A DNA stretch of 64,000 nucleotides. Origin: Octopus sinensis (Eukaryota). A program made the position numbers and the translations under genes. The number at the start of each line of letters is the position of its first letter. Positions within the stretch are counted from its first letter, which is position 1. The notes beneath the pieces are model-generated. The model was not told the DNA's origin, made no database searches, and was given only the letters and a program-made list of their open reading frames with translations. The stretch spans positions 43,586,001-43,650,000 of the forward strand of contig NC_043004.1 in assembly GCF_006345805.1 (NCBI RefSeq). Reading direction: 5' to 3'. Shown here piece by piece: positions 28,635 through 41,046 of the stretch.

Positions 28635-29132
28635 GTAGCCAGCCAGTAGGTGTCGCTTCCGACAATCTCTGTTCGATGGTTTTATTTACCTAGTTTCGGT
28701 GGAATACATCCACTTGTTTTCAATAATAGAAATATTAAAATAACTAAGTCTCTCTAAAAGAGAACAGCGGCAGCGTTCCCGGAAAATAATAGTTATCGCC
28801 ATACTAATATGGCATTCTTATAAAAATAAGAAAAAAGCTGTCCGCTTATTAGCTCCATGTTATATGGATACAGTTTGTGTATCAAATAGCTAACTTAAGG
28901 CGATGGCCTCATGGAGCTAATAAGCGGACAGCTTTTTTCTTATTTTTATAAAATGCCATATTAGTATGGCGATAACTATTATTTTCCGGGAACGCTGCCG
29001 CTGTTCTCTTTTAGAGAGACTTAGTTATTTTAATATTCTATTATTGAAAACAAGTGGATGTATTCCACCGAAACTAGGTAAATAAAACCATCGAACAGAG
29101 ATTGTCGGAAGCGACACCTACTGGCTGGCTAC

Positions 29133-29174
29133 GCTGCATTGAAAAGGGGCAATACCCCGAAACGCGTCTGTAGC
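29133..29174 (+). ncRNA. Type I hammerhead ribozyme, U3-A8 core variant (inverted copy)
   Basis: gctgcattgaaaaggggcaataccccgaaacgcgtctgtagc read directly. Confidence 0.8.
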
Positions 29175-29669
29175 TGCCGGTCAAGTAGTGTGGAGCGACT
29201 GACCTCCCTTGTTCGAAGGTTATATTGATACAGTTTGTGTATCAAATAGCTAACTTAAGGCGATGGTCTCATGGAGCTATAAGCGGACAGCTTTTTTTTA
29301 TTTTTATAAGAATGCCATATTAGTATGGCGATAACTATTATTTATATATATATATATATTATATATAATATATATATATTATATATAATATATATATATA
29401 TATACGTATAATTGATAAAGGAAACGGAAGATGGATAGTGTACGAATCCTTATAAAAATTTGTACGTAATTCATCTTCCGTTTCTTTTTTCAACTACAAA
29501 CTCAACAAACCCAGCAGATATCCTGACGTAGATCCAATGAAAATGATATCGTTACTCTGGATACCGAAACAGCGAATATGCTTTAATAGATATACTATTA
29601 GGCATATACTAATAGTCAACTTAGTCATATGTACATTTATATCTCTCACCCCAATTTCTCTCTCTCTTT

Positions 29670-30090
29670 CTTTGAAAGATACTCGAAGGGGTGGAGCCAA
29701 ACTTTGGAATTGAAACTTATACAAGACCTCGAACTGGATATCAAGGCACTGTTACAAAAGTCCCAGCTGCCCCAACTAAAATGAGAACTATATATAGCCT
29801 GAGATTCAAAGCTCCACAGCTACTTAATGCCTTGCTAAAATATCTGAGGTATTCTCATGGAGTAGCGGGTAGATTGCTTCAAGACACATCTTGATCACTT
29901 GCAATCCAAGATACCAAATGTACCAATATCTAGGCATGAAACACGAAGAAGGGTAGCAGTTTCGAACACCCGCCTTCATCAAAAGTCAATCTCATGGAAT
30001 TGGCCAATTATAAGGTTATTACACTGGCTGTGCCCAGCATGGACACAGCTTTAGGGCTGAGACATAGAAAAGAATAAAAGATTAAAATAA
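29670..30090 (+). mobile_element. CR1-type LINE 3'-end fragment related to 7790-9900
   Basis: PNFGIETYTRPRTG...SLRFKAPQLLNAL resembles ORF 7829-8137; tail cccagcatggacacagct...aaaagaataaaaga. Confidence 0.7.
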
Positions 30091-30506
30091 TGTGTGTGTA
30101 TGTTTGTGTGCGCGTTCACGCGCTTGTATGTATGTAATGACTTTTTTAGTTTACGATATATGTATATCTAACTTTATATTTATTTACACATTCAATTAAG
30201 CATAAACATATATTTATACATATATATATATATATGACTGTACGTATATGTTTAAATATCGGTAATAAAGTAAATATATATTACTAGACATGTAATAAAA
30301 TGGACGCCAAATGTCGGAGGAGAATATAAGTAATGATGGGAAAATTTACAACTATATAAACATACATATATACATGCTATTCTACATTTATAAGTACATA
30401 CGCGCGCACACAGACAAATAGGTATGTATTTATGTATGTATATATCTATATCTATTTTTCTATCCTTCTTTCTCCTCTCTCTCTCTATATATACATATAT
30501 AGTATG

Positions 30507-30575
<69 letters not shown>

Positions 30576-31107
30576 TGTTTAACGAGTTTCTATATTATGT
30601 CAGACTTATTTTATCAACCATCCTATACATACCAAACTTCTCATGTCAACTTAAAAGAATGATATTGTAGCGTTTGTTTCACCATTAGTTTATTTTATTC
30701 ATATTGGCCGGTGCAAATATATCTTGTCCCTTACACTTCAGTTACTTAAATATCTAGATATTACTTACATACTGGAATCCAATTTCCTGTCAGCCCCGTT
30801 TTGCTTTCAGCAACCCACTTAAGAAATTGCTTCTTGCTTAGCTGTCTTTCAAATATTGAACTAGAAGAATATATAGTGAAAATGAAAGGATGGTTAGTAT
30901 GATAATCAGATATATAAATAGACTGAAATATATGGATACACATAGATAGGTAGATTCGATACATAGCCAGATGTGTATAGAAATCGAAAGCGACGAATAA
31001 ACACGAAAAGATGTAAATAGAGAAAGATTTACATATGCCGATGGCTGTTTCTCTTGCTAGCTAAAATATTCATATAAACTAACACGATATTTGTTCTCAT
31101 GCTCCTA

Positions 31108-31141
<34 letters not shown>

Positions 31142-31150
31142 TTTACACAC

Positions 31151-31205
<55 letters not shown>

Positions 31206-32100
31206 CAGAGACAGAGACAGACTGACAGAAAAAGATGCATGCGTGTACATGTATGTATATGCATGTGCAAATATATACGCGAATTCGGATCAAATAAAGT
31301 TTTATATCATTAATGCATAGCTTTGAAAATACACACGCACACAGACACACATCTAAACTTATATATAATCATATATTAATGCATGAATATGTACGTACAG
31401 ATGTCTAAATTCAAGTGCAATTCTCATTAGATATAACTTTGCCTATCACGAGCTATATACATATTTAATATTGTTACTAATATTTTGATATCAATATCGA
31501 CTATAGTAAGTAACTGATGTTATATACACAATTCAGAGATTTTGCGACAGGCGTTTGGATTATATCGTCGCCTCTGTTCAATTGGTGACTGAATTTGTCA
31601 ACCATTAAGGGGATGAAAATAACGTTTTCCTTATCCATATTTGAACTCCGAAGCGTAAAAAGAAAGCAGTTTGTGTGAGGGCTGTAATTATCCTCGCCAA
31701 CGAAAATCGCATTTTGGAGTATGCAAATAATAATATTTACAGAGTATGTTATTCAGGGCAACTCTCCACAAAGTACATACGGAAAAATGCTATCATGTAT
31801 AACTTGTGGACGTAAGAAAACTGGAAATCAAGACATTATTGCCCAAGTGTTCAAGGCTTTATAAATTAAGCTTTTTCTTGTTTTGGAAGGGTCACAATTC
31901 TAAAACGCAAAACAAATGTACATTCAAATTCGTCGACGTACTCGTCTGTCCAATATTTGTCACATAGTTTACAATGGTAATTATACCAGACTAAAATACT
32001 CGCTAAAATCTCAAGACGAATATGAATTATCATTAAACTGACTATGGAAAATTACTTGAATGGGAAGATATAAATACACCTCTCCATATATATATATATA

Positions 32101-32860
32101 ATATTAGGGAGTATAACTCCAAACTTACAGGAAAAATTCAAAAAGATTAAAACAAATTTCACAATATAAATATATATGTATATATATATATAAATTTGAA
32201 GAAAAACACTATTATGTAACTTATTGTTATTATTGTCGACCTGAGGAGTGACTGTACTTTAATGGTTTTTCGATTAAATTTAAATTTAATTGTATTTCGA
32301 ATTGAAGTTATAGCCATGAAATGTATGTAGTAATTTTACTTTTTATATATAATTTATTCATTTTTGTACTTTTTGTGATCTAGCTACACTTGCGTCAGAA
32401 ATTAATTAGCACTTCTCAAATTTCTACATTAAATAGGGTAAATCAATTAACCTTATGAGCTGTTCAAAACGTCTTACGCGATGAGAAAATTAGTATGGTG
32501 TGATTTCGGTCCTTGCGAGGCGCTACCTATATCTATTAACAAAGGAAGATTTGTCTGCATCCGCACTCCAAGTTGTTGCACTGCTATGTCAACATCTAAG
32601 GCTGTAGACTCTCAAACTGCTCTGCAAACAAAGTTACGTCATCGTTCTGCGCAACAGTGAACTCGCAACAAGCAATAGTTCGAGATATGGCCACTAGGTG
32701 ACAGCACATACCTTGAGTGAAGAGCAAATCAAGGGGCTAATTAATTTCTGACGGTAGTGTACATGTTTCATAATATATCTTCTTTTTTCTTTATGATTTG
32801 GTTTTATGTCTGTCATAGTTTGAATTACATAATAGTGGATTTTCTCTAATTTATATTATA
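32101..32860. mobile_element. Decayed PLE pseudo-LTR fold-back with an HHR relic, interrupted by a MITE
   Basis: Inverted terminal motif atattagggagtataactccaaacttacagg; HHR relic at 32237-32333; 32820-32855 resembles 42440-42475. Confidence 0.55.
32387..32759. mobile_element. Tc1-like MITE
   Basis: TIRs cacttgcgtcagaaattaattagc / gctaattaatttctgacggtagtg with TA flanks. Confidence 0.75.
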
Positions 32861-32944
32861 TATAACATATATATATATATTATATATAATATAATATATA
32901 TATATATATAATATATATATATATATATGTACATATAAATATAT

Positions 32945-33049
<105 letters not shown>

Positions 33050-33059
33050 TGTGTATATA

Positions 33060-33185
33060 TGCGGAGTCCCCCTTCGGTCATGAAAGCCCATGGGATTGCA
33101 CGAGAAAATTACATCCGTGGTACAAGTCCGGGCAAGATTGTTTTTGGAAGACCAGCAGTCGCCCTTGCATACCAGCCTCCCCATA
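33060..33185 (-). mobile_element. SINE 3' half (second family)
   Basis: Reverse complement of gtgcaatcccatgg...tcatgaccgaagggg. Confidence 0.65.
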
Positions 33186-33539
33186 TGTAATTATGGCACT
33201 ACTCTTGAATGTATTGCTTCAATAAGGTTTTGGGATTCAGCTTTGACTAATGTAATTTTCTTATTCTCCCTATGTAATCCTTATAGGTAGTTTGATACAT
33301 TTCTTCATTTTTTTTATCTCCTCTGCTTCTAGTATTTCCATGCACTTATATCACTGTCTTTTCCCAACCTCTTGCATTGTTTGTCCAATCGGCATTTCGA
33401 CTCCCTGGGTTCTTTCAACTCTTCCTCCTTTAATTTTCAATATATATAATATATATATATATTATTATTATAACTGAGTGAGAGAGCAATGAATGCCATC
33501 AAAATGACCCCGGGGTAAAGTATACCCGAAAACTTTATT

Positions 33540-34090
33540 TCTGTCTTCGTATTTTTCCATGTGCTTCTCAAAATTTTTACTCAGTTTCCAGGGCTTTTTC
33601 AGAGAGCACAACTGCTTAACCTCCCATGCTAAACAGTCATATCTGCCGACTTTTCATTCTTCCTTATCGCATAACTTGTTGTCAGCTGGGCATGCTATAT
33701 CTATGATGCAGCATCGTTTGCTTTCTTTCTCAATTAACACTATGTCAGGTTATCTATTCTCTATCTCAAGCTCGAACTGAATCATAAAACCCCATAGCAT
33801 TTTGCATTATCATTATTGATGATGCTTTCGGGTTTATTTTCGTACAACTTTTCTGCTCTGTGAAATCCATACTTGTTGCAAAGTGTCAAATGGACAATCC
33901 TTGCTATATTGTCATGTCGTCTCCTATATTCTTTCTGGGCTAGTGGCTTACATTGGCTGGTAATATGCCATAGGCGTTCGCCATATTGTCTTCAAAATCT
34001 GTAGTGATCACTTTCTGATGAGTTGTGTATTTTGTATTTGACGTAATTCGTTCTTAATGCCTGCTTTTGAGCAGCACGGATTACAGCTAC
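33540..34090 (-). mobile_element. R4/Dong-type (RLE) non-LTR retrotransposon C-terminal fragment
   Basis: QALRTNYVKYKI, HITSQCKPLAQKEYRRRHDNIARIVH, IDIACPADNK. Confidence 0.75.
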
Positions 34091-34199
34091 GTTTCTTGTT
34101 TTGAATCACTTTTAGTCACCGATTGACATTTTGTCACTTTCTTATCTTGGAAATAGCTAACTTTTTGGAGAAAGCAATGACAGAAAAATTTAAGGTGGC

Positions 34200-34600
34200 G
34201 CACTTGTGCAGACTGAGACTGTTTCCTTCGGTTGAAATCACTACTTCGATATAGATCAGAGACAATCGCATGGACAGTAGACAAACCAAACAGCTTAGAC
34301 AGAATGAAAAGGGAGTTTCTGACTAGATGTGGGATACACCCCAGAAAAAGTGACACAGAAAGTCTGTATGTACCAAGAAAAAGAGAGGGAAGAGGAGTGA
34401 CTGGAAGCGAACACAGAATTAGAACACAATAAAACAACATATCATGGAATGTAAAAAAATGCCACAGAACGCTATTATTGGAAGTAAGAAGGCTTGTGTA
34501 GAATGGAAGATTGCAATCATAAAGCACTGTACAAGCACTTGAGAATGAATGAACCTGAAAATAGGTGGATGAAGAAAAGAATGCATGGAAAATTTCATAA
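34200..34600 (+). mobile_element. R4/Dong-type RT thumb fragment
   Basis: LLRYRSETIAWT...LDRMKREFLTRCGIHPRKSDTESLYVPRKREGRG. Confidence 0.7.
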
Positions 34601-34679
34601 TTTTCAACTTATACATATTTTTTGTTGTTTGCAGTTTTAGATGTTGAACAGCTATAATAAGACTACATTATTCTCATTT

Positions 34680-35240
34680 CAATTGTTCATCTTTCAAAGG
34701 AGTCCTGGGTTTAGTTTTACATACATCGTCATTGGCTTTCCAAAGCTGTGCATGCAAAGGTTTAACGTGTTCTCTATGAATTTCATTCATATGCTTTTTT
34801 CCCATTTTCGAGCCTTGATCACATGTTCTGCATTCACTACCTTTAATAACATTTCTGAGCTTTTCTGCAAATTAGGTAGAAAGCTGTTTCATCCCATCTG
34901 CGCATAGCGTTCTACATCAATTAAATCCCTTCGAAATTGGTCTCCTTTCATGTAAAACCGGTTAATACTATCTTCTGAATGATGTGTTCCATACTTAATC
35001 AACAGTTTTCTAGTTTTCCTTTCAAGATTTTGCATTTCGCTTTCTGCCCAGTCCACAATATTAACTCCATGTTGGAATAACAGGCATCGTTTTTGAATTA
35101 ATCGTTTCAATAACATTTGTGGAATTCAACTTTGGCTGTAATATTTCCAGCACTATCCTTGCATACTCTTTACTTGTAATTTTGCTTCATCTTTTCATGC
35201 TTTATTTAAACTACCTTCGATATTCTTAAATACTTATACC
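34680..35240 (-). mobile_element. R4/Dong-type RT thumb fragment (different copy)
   Basis: IVDWAESEMQNLERKTRKLLIKYGTHHSEDSINRFYMK...RDLIDVE. Confidence 0.7.
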
Positions 35241-35289
35241 ACTATCCTTTCTCAACTGATTTCGATGTTTGTGCTTTTGGTATTCCAGT

Positions 35290-36285
35290 TCCCTGACAAA
35301 ATAGCAAGTTAGGGAAATGGCAAACTGGAAATCTCCTGGACCGGTTAGCATCCGTGGATTCCTGTTGAAAAGCATTAAAAGTGTAGATTGAAGATTAGGG
35401 ATACACCTAAATACTTGTGTAGTGGAAGGGGAATTTCCAGTTGGATGGTTGAAGGGAAGACAGCTTACATAATGAAGGGTCAAATTAAATATACGTTTGT
35501 TGCAAGTACCAGTTGAATGTGCTTCGGAAGCTGTCAACAAGCATAAATACAGCAAAAATGTATGATTACTTGATACAGAATGAGATGCTATCTCTCGAGA
35601 CGAAGAGATGTAGTGAAGGTTCTAAGGGAACTATGAGAACAATGGACCGACTTGCTTATGATTATGAATGTTCGAGGAAGACTACATTATGTATTGCATG
35701 GCTTAGGTAAAGTCACAGAAAGCTTCTGACAAGGTCCCATACCTGTGGGTATAGATATGTTTGAAAATGTTTAGTATAGCAGACTGCGGTATGAATGCAA
35801 TGTAATCTAGCATGCCTTTGTGGAACACAAATCTATATTTACGAAAGAAATAACTACGTGGGATCATTATAAAAAAACAAATTATTTCTCACTATTGCTC
35901 TTTGTCATCTCCATGGTCCCATTATCGATGAAACTACGGGAGAAGGTGTTGACCATCAGAATCAAAACAGTGTACCGAAATTAACTATTTAATTTTTATG
36001 GATGAGCTGATGCTCTTTTAGCAAGATTGAAACACAGGTTGATTCACAAGTCAGAACTGTTTACTGGTGCTGTAAAAAAACATTGGGATGGATTGTCGTG
36101 TTGCAAGTGTTTTAAACTGACTCTGAAGAGCGGCAGGTGTGTATGTAGTTGTGGGAGTTATTTATCTGATAGAGAGTCACATGATGGCTCTGAGGATAGT
36201 CGGTAGAAATATCTGGGCATTGCGGAGCAGAAAAAAGTACTAAAGGAGAAGATGAAATGTAATGTGAAGGAAGGCTATCTAAACT
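35290..36285 (+). mobile_element. R4/Dong-type RT core fragment
   Basis: KSPGP, FPVGWLKG, MYDYLIQNEML...KRCSEGSKGT, KASDKVP, FMDEL (YMDD-like), YLG. Confidence 0.6.
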
Positions 36286-36559
36286 GATCACAACTGCAAC
36301 TGAAAAAGGTATTGAATAGGAAGATATTGATTATCACTATCAGATAATGGGCTGTAGCGGTTATACGATATAGTTCGGCTATTACTATTAAAGTTGCTGT
36401 TGTTATTAATATTTTTGTAGTTGTTATTAGTGTAGTTTTTGTTGATGCTGATAATGATATTGCTGTTGTTATTAATATTATTGCTATTATTCGTAGTAAT
36501 AAATATAGGAGGTGAAACACCACCATCATGTGCAGCACCCACAGCAGCAGCAGCATTAG

Positions 36560-36565
36560 TAGTAT

Positions 36566-36609
<44 letters not shown>

Positions 36610-36610
36610 A
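36560..36610. repeat. (GTA)n microsatellite
   Basis: Direct reading. Confidence 0.95.
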
Positions 36611-37052
36611 TTATGCATTATATATTGCATAACATTCTTTGATGATTTTATTGACGTTGTAATACTAGTTCATTGCGTATGTTGTATGTACATCTGCATT
36701 TAGCACGGTATGTTACAAAATGGCAAACGAGAGAAATATAACTAAGATTAAAGGAAATATCATTCTTCAGATCATGATATCACTAGAATTTAGATTTATA
36801 GCCTAGAATTTCGAAACTGCATAGAAATAGTTTAGGTGATTACTTTCTTAAAATACATTTCATCAAAATATATAGATCAATATAACTGCATAAGAGCAGA
36901 CGATTGTCAAAAAGAATTGACAAAGTCTATTAGAAGTAGGGATATATAACTCCAAGCTATATTCAAATTTACATTTTCTAACATTGGAGAATATAGTCAC
37001 TATGAAATACCAACTATAAATGTTGGAATGTTTTTTTTCACAGATTCAAACA

Positions 37053-37119
<67 letters not shown>

Positions 37120-37147
37120 TATGTATGTATGTGTGTATGTATGTATG

Positions 37148-37183
<36 letters not shown>

Positions 37184-37299
37184 GTGTGTGTGTGTGTGGT
37201 GTGTGTGTGTGTGTGCGTGTGTTTGTGTTTGTATAAATATACGTCGTATATATATTCCGAATTAGTCTAGACCTGTATAGAATGATATATAAGTTAAAT

Positions 37300-39755
37300 A
37301 AAGTTAAAACATGATTTGGTTCTCAGTTTTTATATAAAAGATTTTTCTATGTTGAAGTGTTAAACATTAAAAAATATATTTCTTAATGTTCATAAAGCTC
37401 AGTTAGCGCTTTTATACGTTCGTAGTGATCGTCAGATTTCAAAATGTATTTAATTGACAGTTTGAGTTCTTCACAAATGTAGTAATTTTTGGAATACGTT
37501 TTTTGCCCAATCCGCATTGAGCTTAAACGTCACGGTTTGTCGGGCTTACCGATTTTACTGGGTTACATCCCACCTTTATTTTAACCAATTAGCTTTTCGT
37601 TTTAGGTATAATAGTTTTATGAGTGAGCAAACCTAGTTGGCTTCGATCGTCTTTATTTGAAATGGTTGGAGTCTTCTGTAATTTGTTTATTTATGTTCAT
37701 ATGTTAAAGGTACTTTTTAATCTACATCAGTAGTTGGTTGTTATTTCCGTTCAGAAGAGGTTTGAACATTTTCATAAACCATTTTTGTTGTTTTTCTTTA
37801 TCTTTCCTCCAACCTCACTTGTGACATGTAGTTTGTAAAAAGGAAAAATTAGAAACATCTTCTGACCGCGCGTTTCTATATGATCGCTTGATGGAATTTT
37901 GGGAACATTAGTGTTCCGTATTTGTTGTCTGTGAACTCGTGAGCGTTCCCGTGATGCATTCACTGTCCCGCCAATATATAGTTCCTTGCAATTCGGGCAC
38001 TTAATGTAGCAGATAAAATGTCTGCTTTTGCAGCTCATATCTGTCCATTCTTTATTCTAATAGATCTACCAGCATGCATGTATTGACAGGTTCTGTTATC
38101 ATTACACTTGGATTTTCTCAATGTTTTATCCTGTTTGTTCACGTTGAATTTTGCCTTTGTTAATATTTTGTAAAGTTTAAGTGATAGCATGTTGGTTAAG
38201 AGGAATGTTTCATTGGCAAATTTGTTTTGATGTTGTTAAAAATGTTTTGGCGATGTGGATTGTGTGTTACTAGAAATGATATTGTGGTGAAGGGTTCGGC
38301 CTTCACGTGTTGCCCTAAGTTGTTTTATTGGTATCTACTTTGCTCGTTGCACGCTAGTAGAAGAGGGTAATTTTGCTTGAGTAGAAATCCTTTGAGTTCT
38401 ACAAGTTGTATGTTCCAGGTATTTGGATCAACTACTATAGTACTGATTTTCCTGGCTAGACAGTACAACATTTTGTATGTGCTGGGTGGCATGATTTGAA
38501 ATATTGTTACTGATGTGTAACTGTGCTTTTATAATAGATATCAGTTGTGATTGTGGTGTTGATTTTAATTGCAATTTTGTCAAGAAATGGTAATAGTGTG
38601 TTGCTCATTTCCCTCATGATTTTGGTAGTAGGGTGTAGATTGTTGAGGAGAGTGCTGAATTCTTCCATAATTTCTCGGGTGTTGGTCCAAATTAGGAAAC
38701 AACCATCGAGGTATCTTTTCCATGTGTCCTCTGTATGTCTTCTAAATATCAAGCCGTACTTTTCTTCAATTTTTAAATGTAGGTTTTGTTCCAAGTATTC
38801 CAATACTGAGTTCACGAAAACTGGAGCAAATCGCATCCTCCTAGCTGTGCCTCGAATTTGAAGGCAGTTTTTTTCCCCTATTGACAGGGAATGTGTTGTT
38901 TTCGAGGATGAGGTTGACTGCGTCTAGCATGAAGGTTACAATAAATCTACTGTGTGTAGTTTCTCTGTTTCTTGACCCTATATTTTATGACAGTAATTTC
39001 CAAGTCATATGGATTGTTCGTATATACATTTGTTACGTCAAAACTAGCAGCGAATTGGATTCTGTTGTTTTGGACAGATATAACAGGAAATAGATGTCAT
39101 CCGGAATGAAACTGGGTATGTGACCATATAATAAGTTGAGAATACTATCAGTGTGATTGCTCAGATGATATGTAGGACAGGCTGGACCAGCTATAATGGG
39201 TCTAAATTTGAGGTCTTTTAGGTGTAGTAGCTTTATGTATTCACTACCGTGTGCCTTTATAGCGTCTTGTATTTCTTTTGAATTATGTATTTTAGGTAAG
39301 CCACAGAAGTTGCTGGATTTCGACTCAAAATTAGTAATATAGTCCCTTTCATTACAAGTGAGGGAGTTATAATGTTTTGACACCAAATAACTGAGACTTT
39401 TCATGAAGCGGAAGTCAATATTTGAAGGGATTTCATGGTAGAACCTTGTATCCTTAAGATTATCTTCAGCTAGATCCCGGTAATATTCCGTATCCATTAT
39501 AATATTGGCACCCCCGTTATCCGCTTGTTTCATGAAAATTCTGTTTTCACTTTTAAAACATATAAGTGCAGACCTTTCTCGTTGAAATGGTCGGTCTGAG
39601 GTTCACGTTAAGCCTCAGTCAAAATCGGGAGAGGCTATCAATGACGTGATCTACATATGTACTTCGTCTTTTGGTGGGTTAAAGTTTCATTTATTTTTCG
39701 CCAAGGATTCATCATTGTCATTATATTAATCAGTAAAAAAAACTCCACAAATTGG
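37300..39755 (-). mobile_element. Near full-length decayed PLE (RT plus GIY-YIG)
   Basis: KQADNGG (DKG-like), GLPKIH...FRPIIAGPACPT, WKRYLDG (YLDD), LPFLD, TDIYYK, CYIKCPNCKELYIGGT...HRQQI. Confidence 0.9.
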
Positions 39756-39759
39756 AGTT

Positions 39760-40905
39760 TGGGGTGACAGTGGAAGGAAGCGAGAAGGTGGGGTAGGAGT
39801 GAAGAGAGGAAGAGAGCAGAGTAGGAGAGTCAGATGAAGAGAGGTGGGGAGTTGAGCCCATATGGCGCAAAGAAGCGAAGAGAGAAGATTAATTCCAGTT
39901 CACGGTAAAGGCGGGAGTCCGGATGGCCCCTGTGAAAAGACAATCCGAACACAGACAGGTATTATAAGGAATGAGCCGGTAGAGCGGAAATGGGGCGAAG
40001 CTTGGGTGTCATTGCCGAGTTCGATGTCTCGGAGCTGCTCTGCGAATAGGTCAGCCAAGCGGCGTCCCGTTTGACCGATGTACAGAGAAGGGCAGACAGA
40101 GCAGGAGATGTAGTAAATGGCGTTGCTAGAAGTGCTGGTAAATGAGTCGTTAAAGTGATAGGGTCAATGTTTGATGCCTGTGAGGATGGTGGTGTTGGAG
40201 AGATAGGGACAACTGCTGCAATGTGGGCGGGAGCGGGTGAACGAGCCAGGCTGGAGGTGGTGCTAGGGAAGAAAGTGTGGACCAGGAAGTCACGCATGGG
40301 GAAGATTTGCGAGGTGTAAGTGTAGGACGGATGTCGCCGGAAGGCTCGGAGAATTGTATGTTCGAGGGGTGGTAGGTGAGTGGAAACAGGAGACGGGCAA
40401 CGACAGAGTGGGTGCGGAGAGACAGAGCTGAGGTACTGCCCATTGAAGTGCTCTGCCAAGAGCTGTGTGGATAGTTCTGAGAGGATATACGAAGGAGGAA
40501 GTGGAGCGCCATGAGTTGAAACTGAGTCCCAATGTAATGGTTTTCACTGCAGAGCCTGCGCAGACAGAGGAAGTGGGAGTAGGGGATGGAGAGCTTAGTG
40601 TTGGTAAGGTGGGGGGGGGGAGAAGTCATGGTATGAGTGTGAGTTGGTGTGTTTGTAGTGGATAGAGGTAGTGAGAGTGAAGTAGTATATGTTGATTGAA
40701 ATGTCGATAAATGCGACGGTATTGTTAAAAATAATGCAGGAGAATTAGAGAGCAAGATGGAAGGATTGGACAAAACAGAAGAAAGAGTCTAGTTGTTCGC
40801 AGGAGAATGAGGTGGCATCGATACAGTCATCAATATAATGACCTTATAGTTCAGGAGGGAGACCAGCGAATCGTGAAAATATTTGGTCCCCAACGTAGCC
40901 AACGA
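39760..40905 (-). mobile_element. 5'-truncated PLE of another family (RT C-terminus plus GIY-YIG)
   Basis: HYIDDC near 40825, TKLSIPYSHFLCLRRLCS, PLTYHP, ISCSVCPSLYIGQTGRRLAD. Confidence 0.85.
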
Positions 40906-40937
40906 TCCCGTTCTCATATTTGAGGCCCGTTCTCGTT

Positions 40938-41046
<109 letters not shown>

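Larger units (their letters stand above)
28001..29341. mobile_element. Retrozyme-like array: ~360-369-nt monomers in tandem (28001-28360, 28361-28729, partial 28730-28859) then an inverted ~1.3 monomer (28860-29341), inserted in (TA)n
   Basis: Near-identical units starting aaatattaaaataactaagtctctc; reverse complement from 28860; non-coding; an HHR in each full monomer. Confidence 0.85.

Noticed and set aside
28001-29341. CRISPR array or ordinary satellite interpretation
   Set aside because: No short repeats with unique spacers, no cas genes and a eukaryotic context; the units are long and carry ribozyme motifs
37398-37440. Possible HHR in the pseudo-LTR of the 37-39 kb PLE (CTGACGA...aaaa-gcgc-TA on the minus strand)
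   Set aside because: GAAA is mutated and stem I is unpaired; too decayed to call
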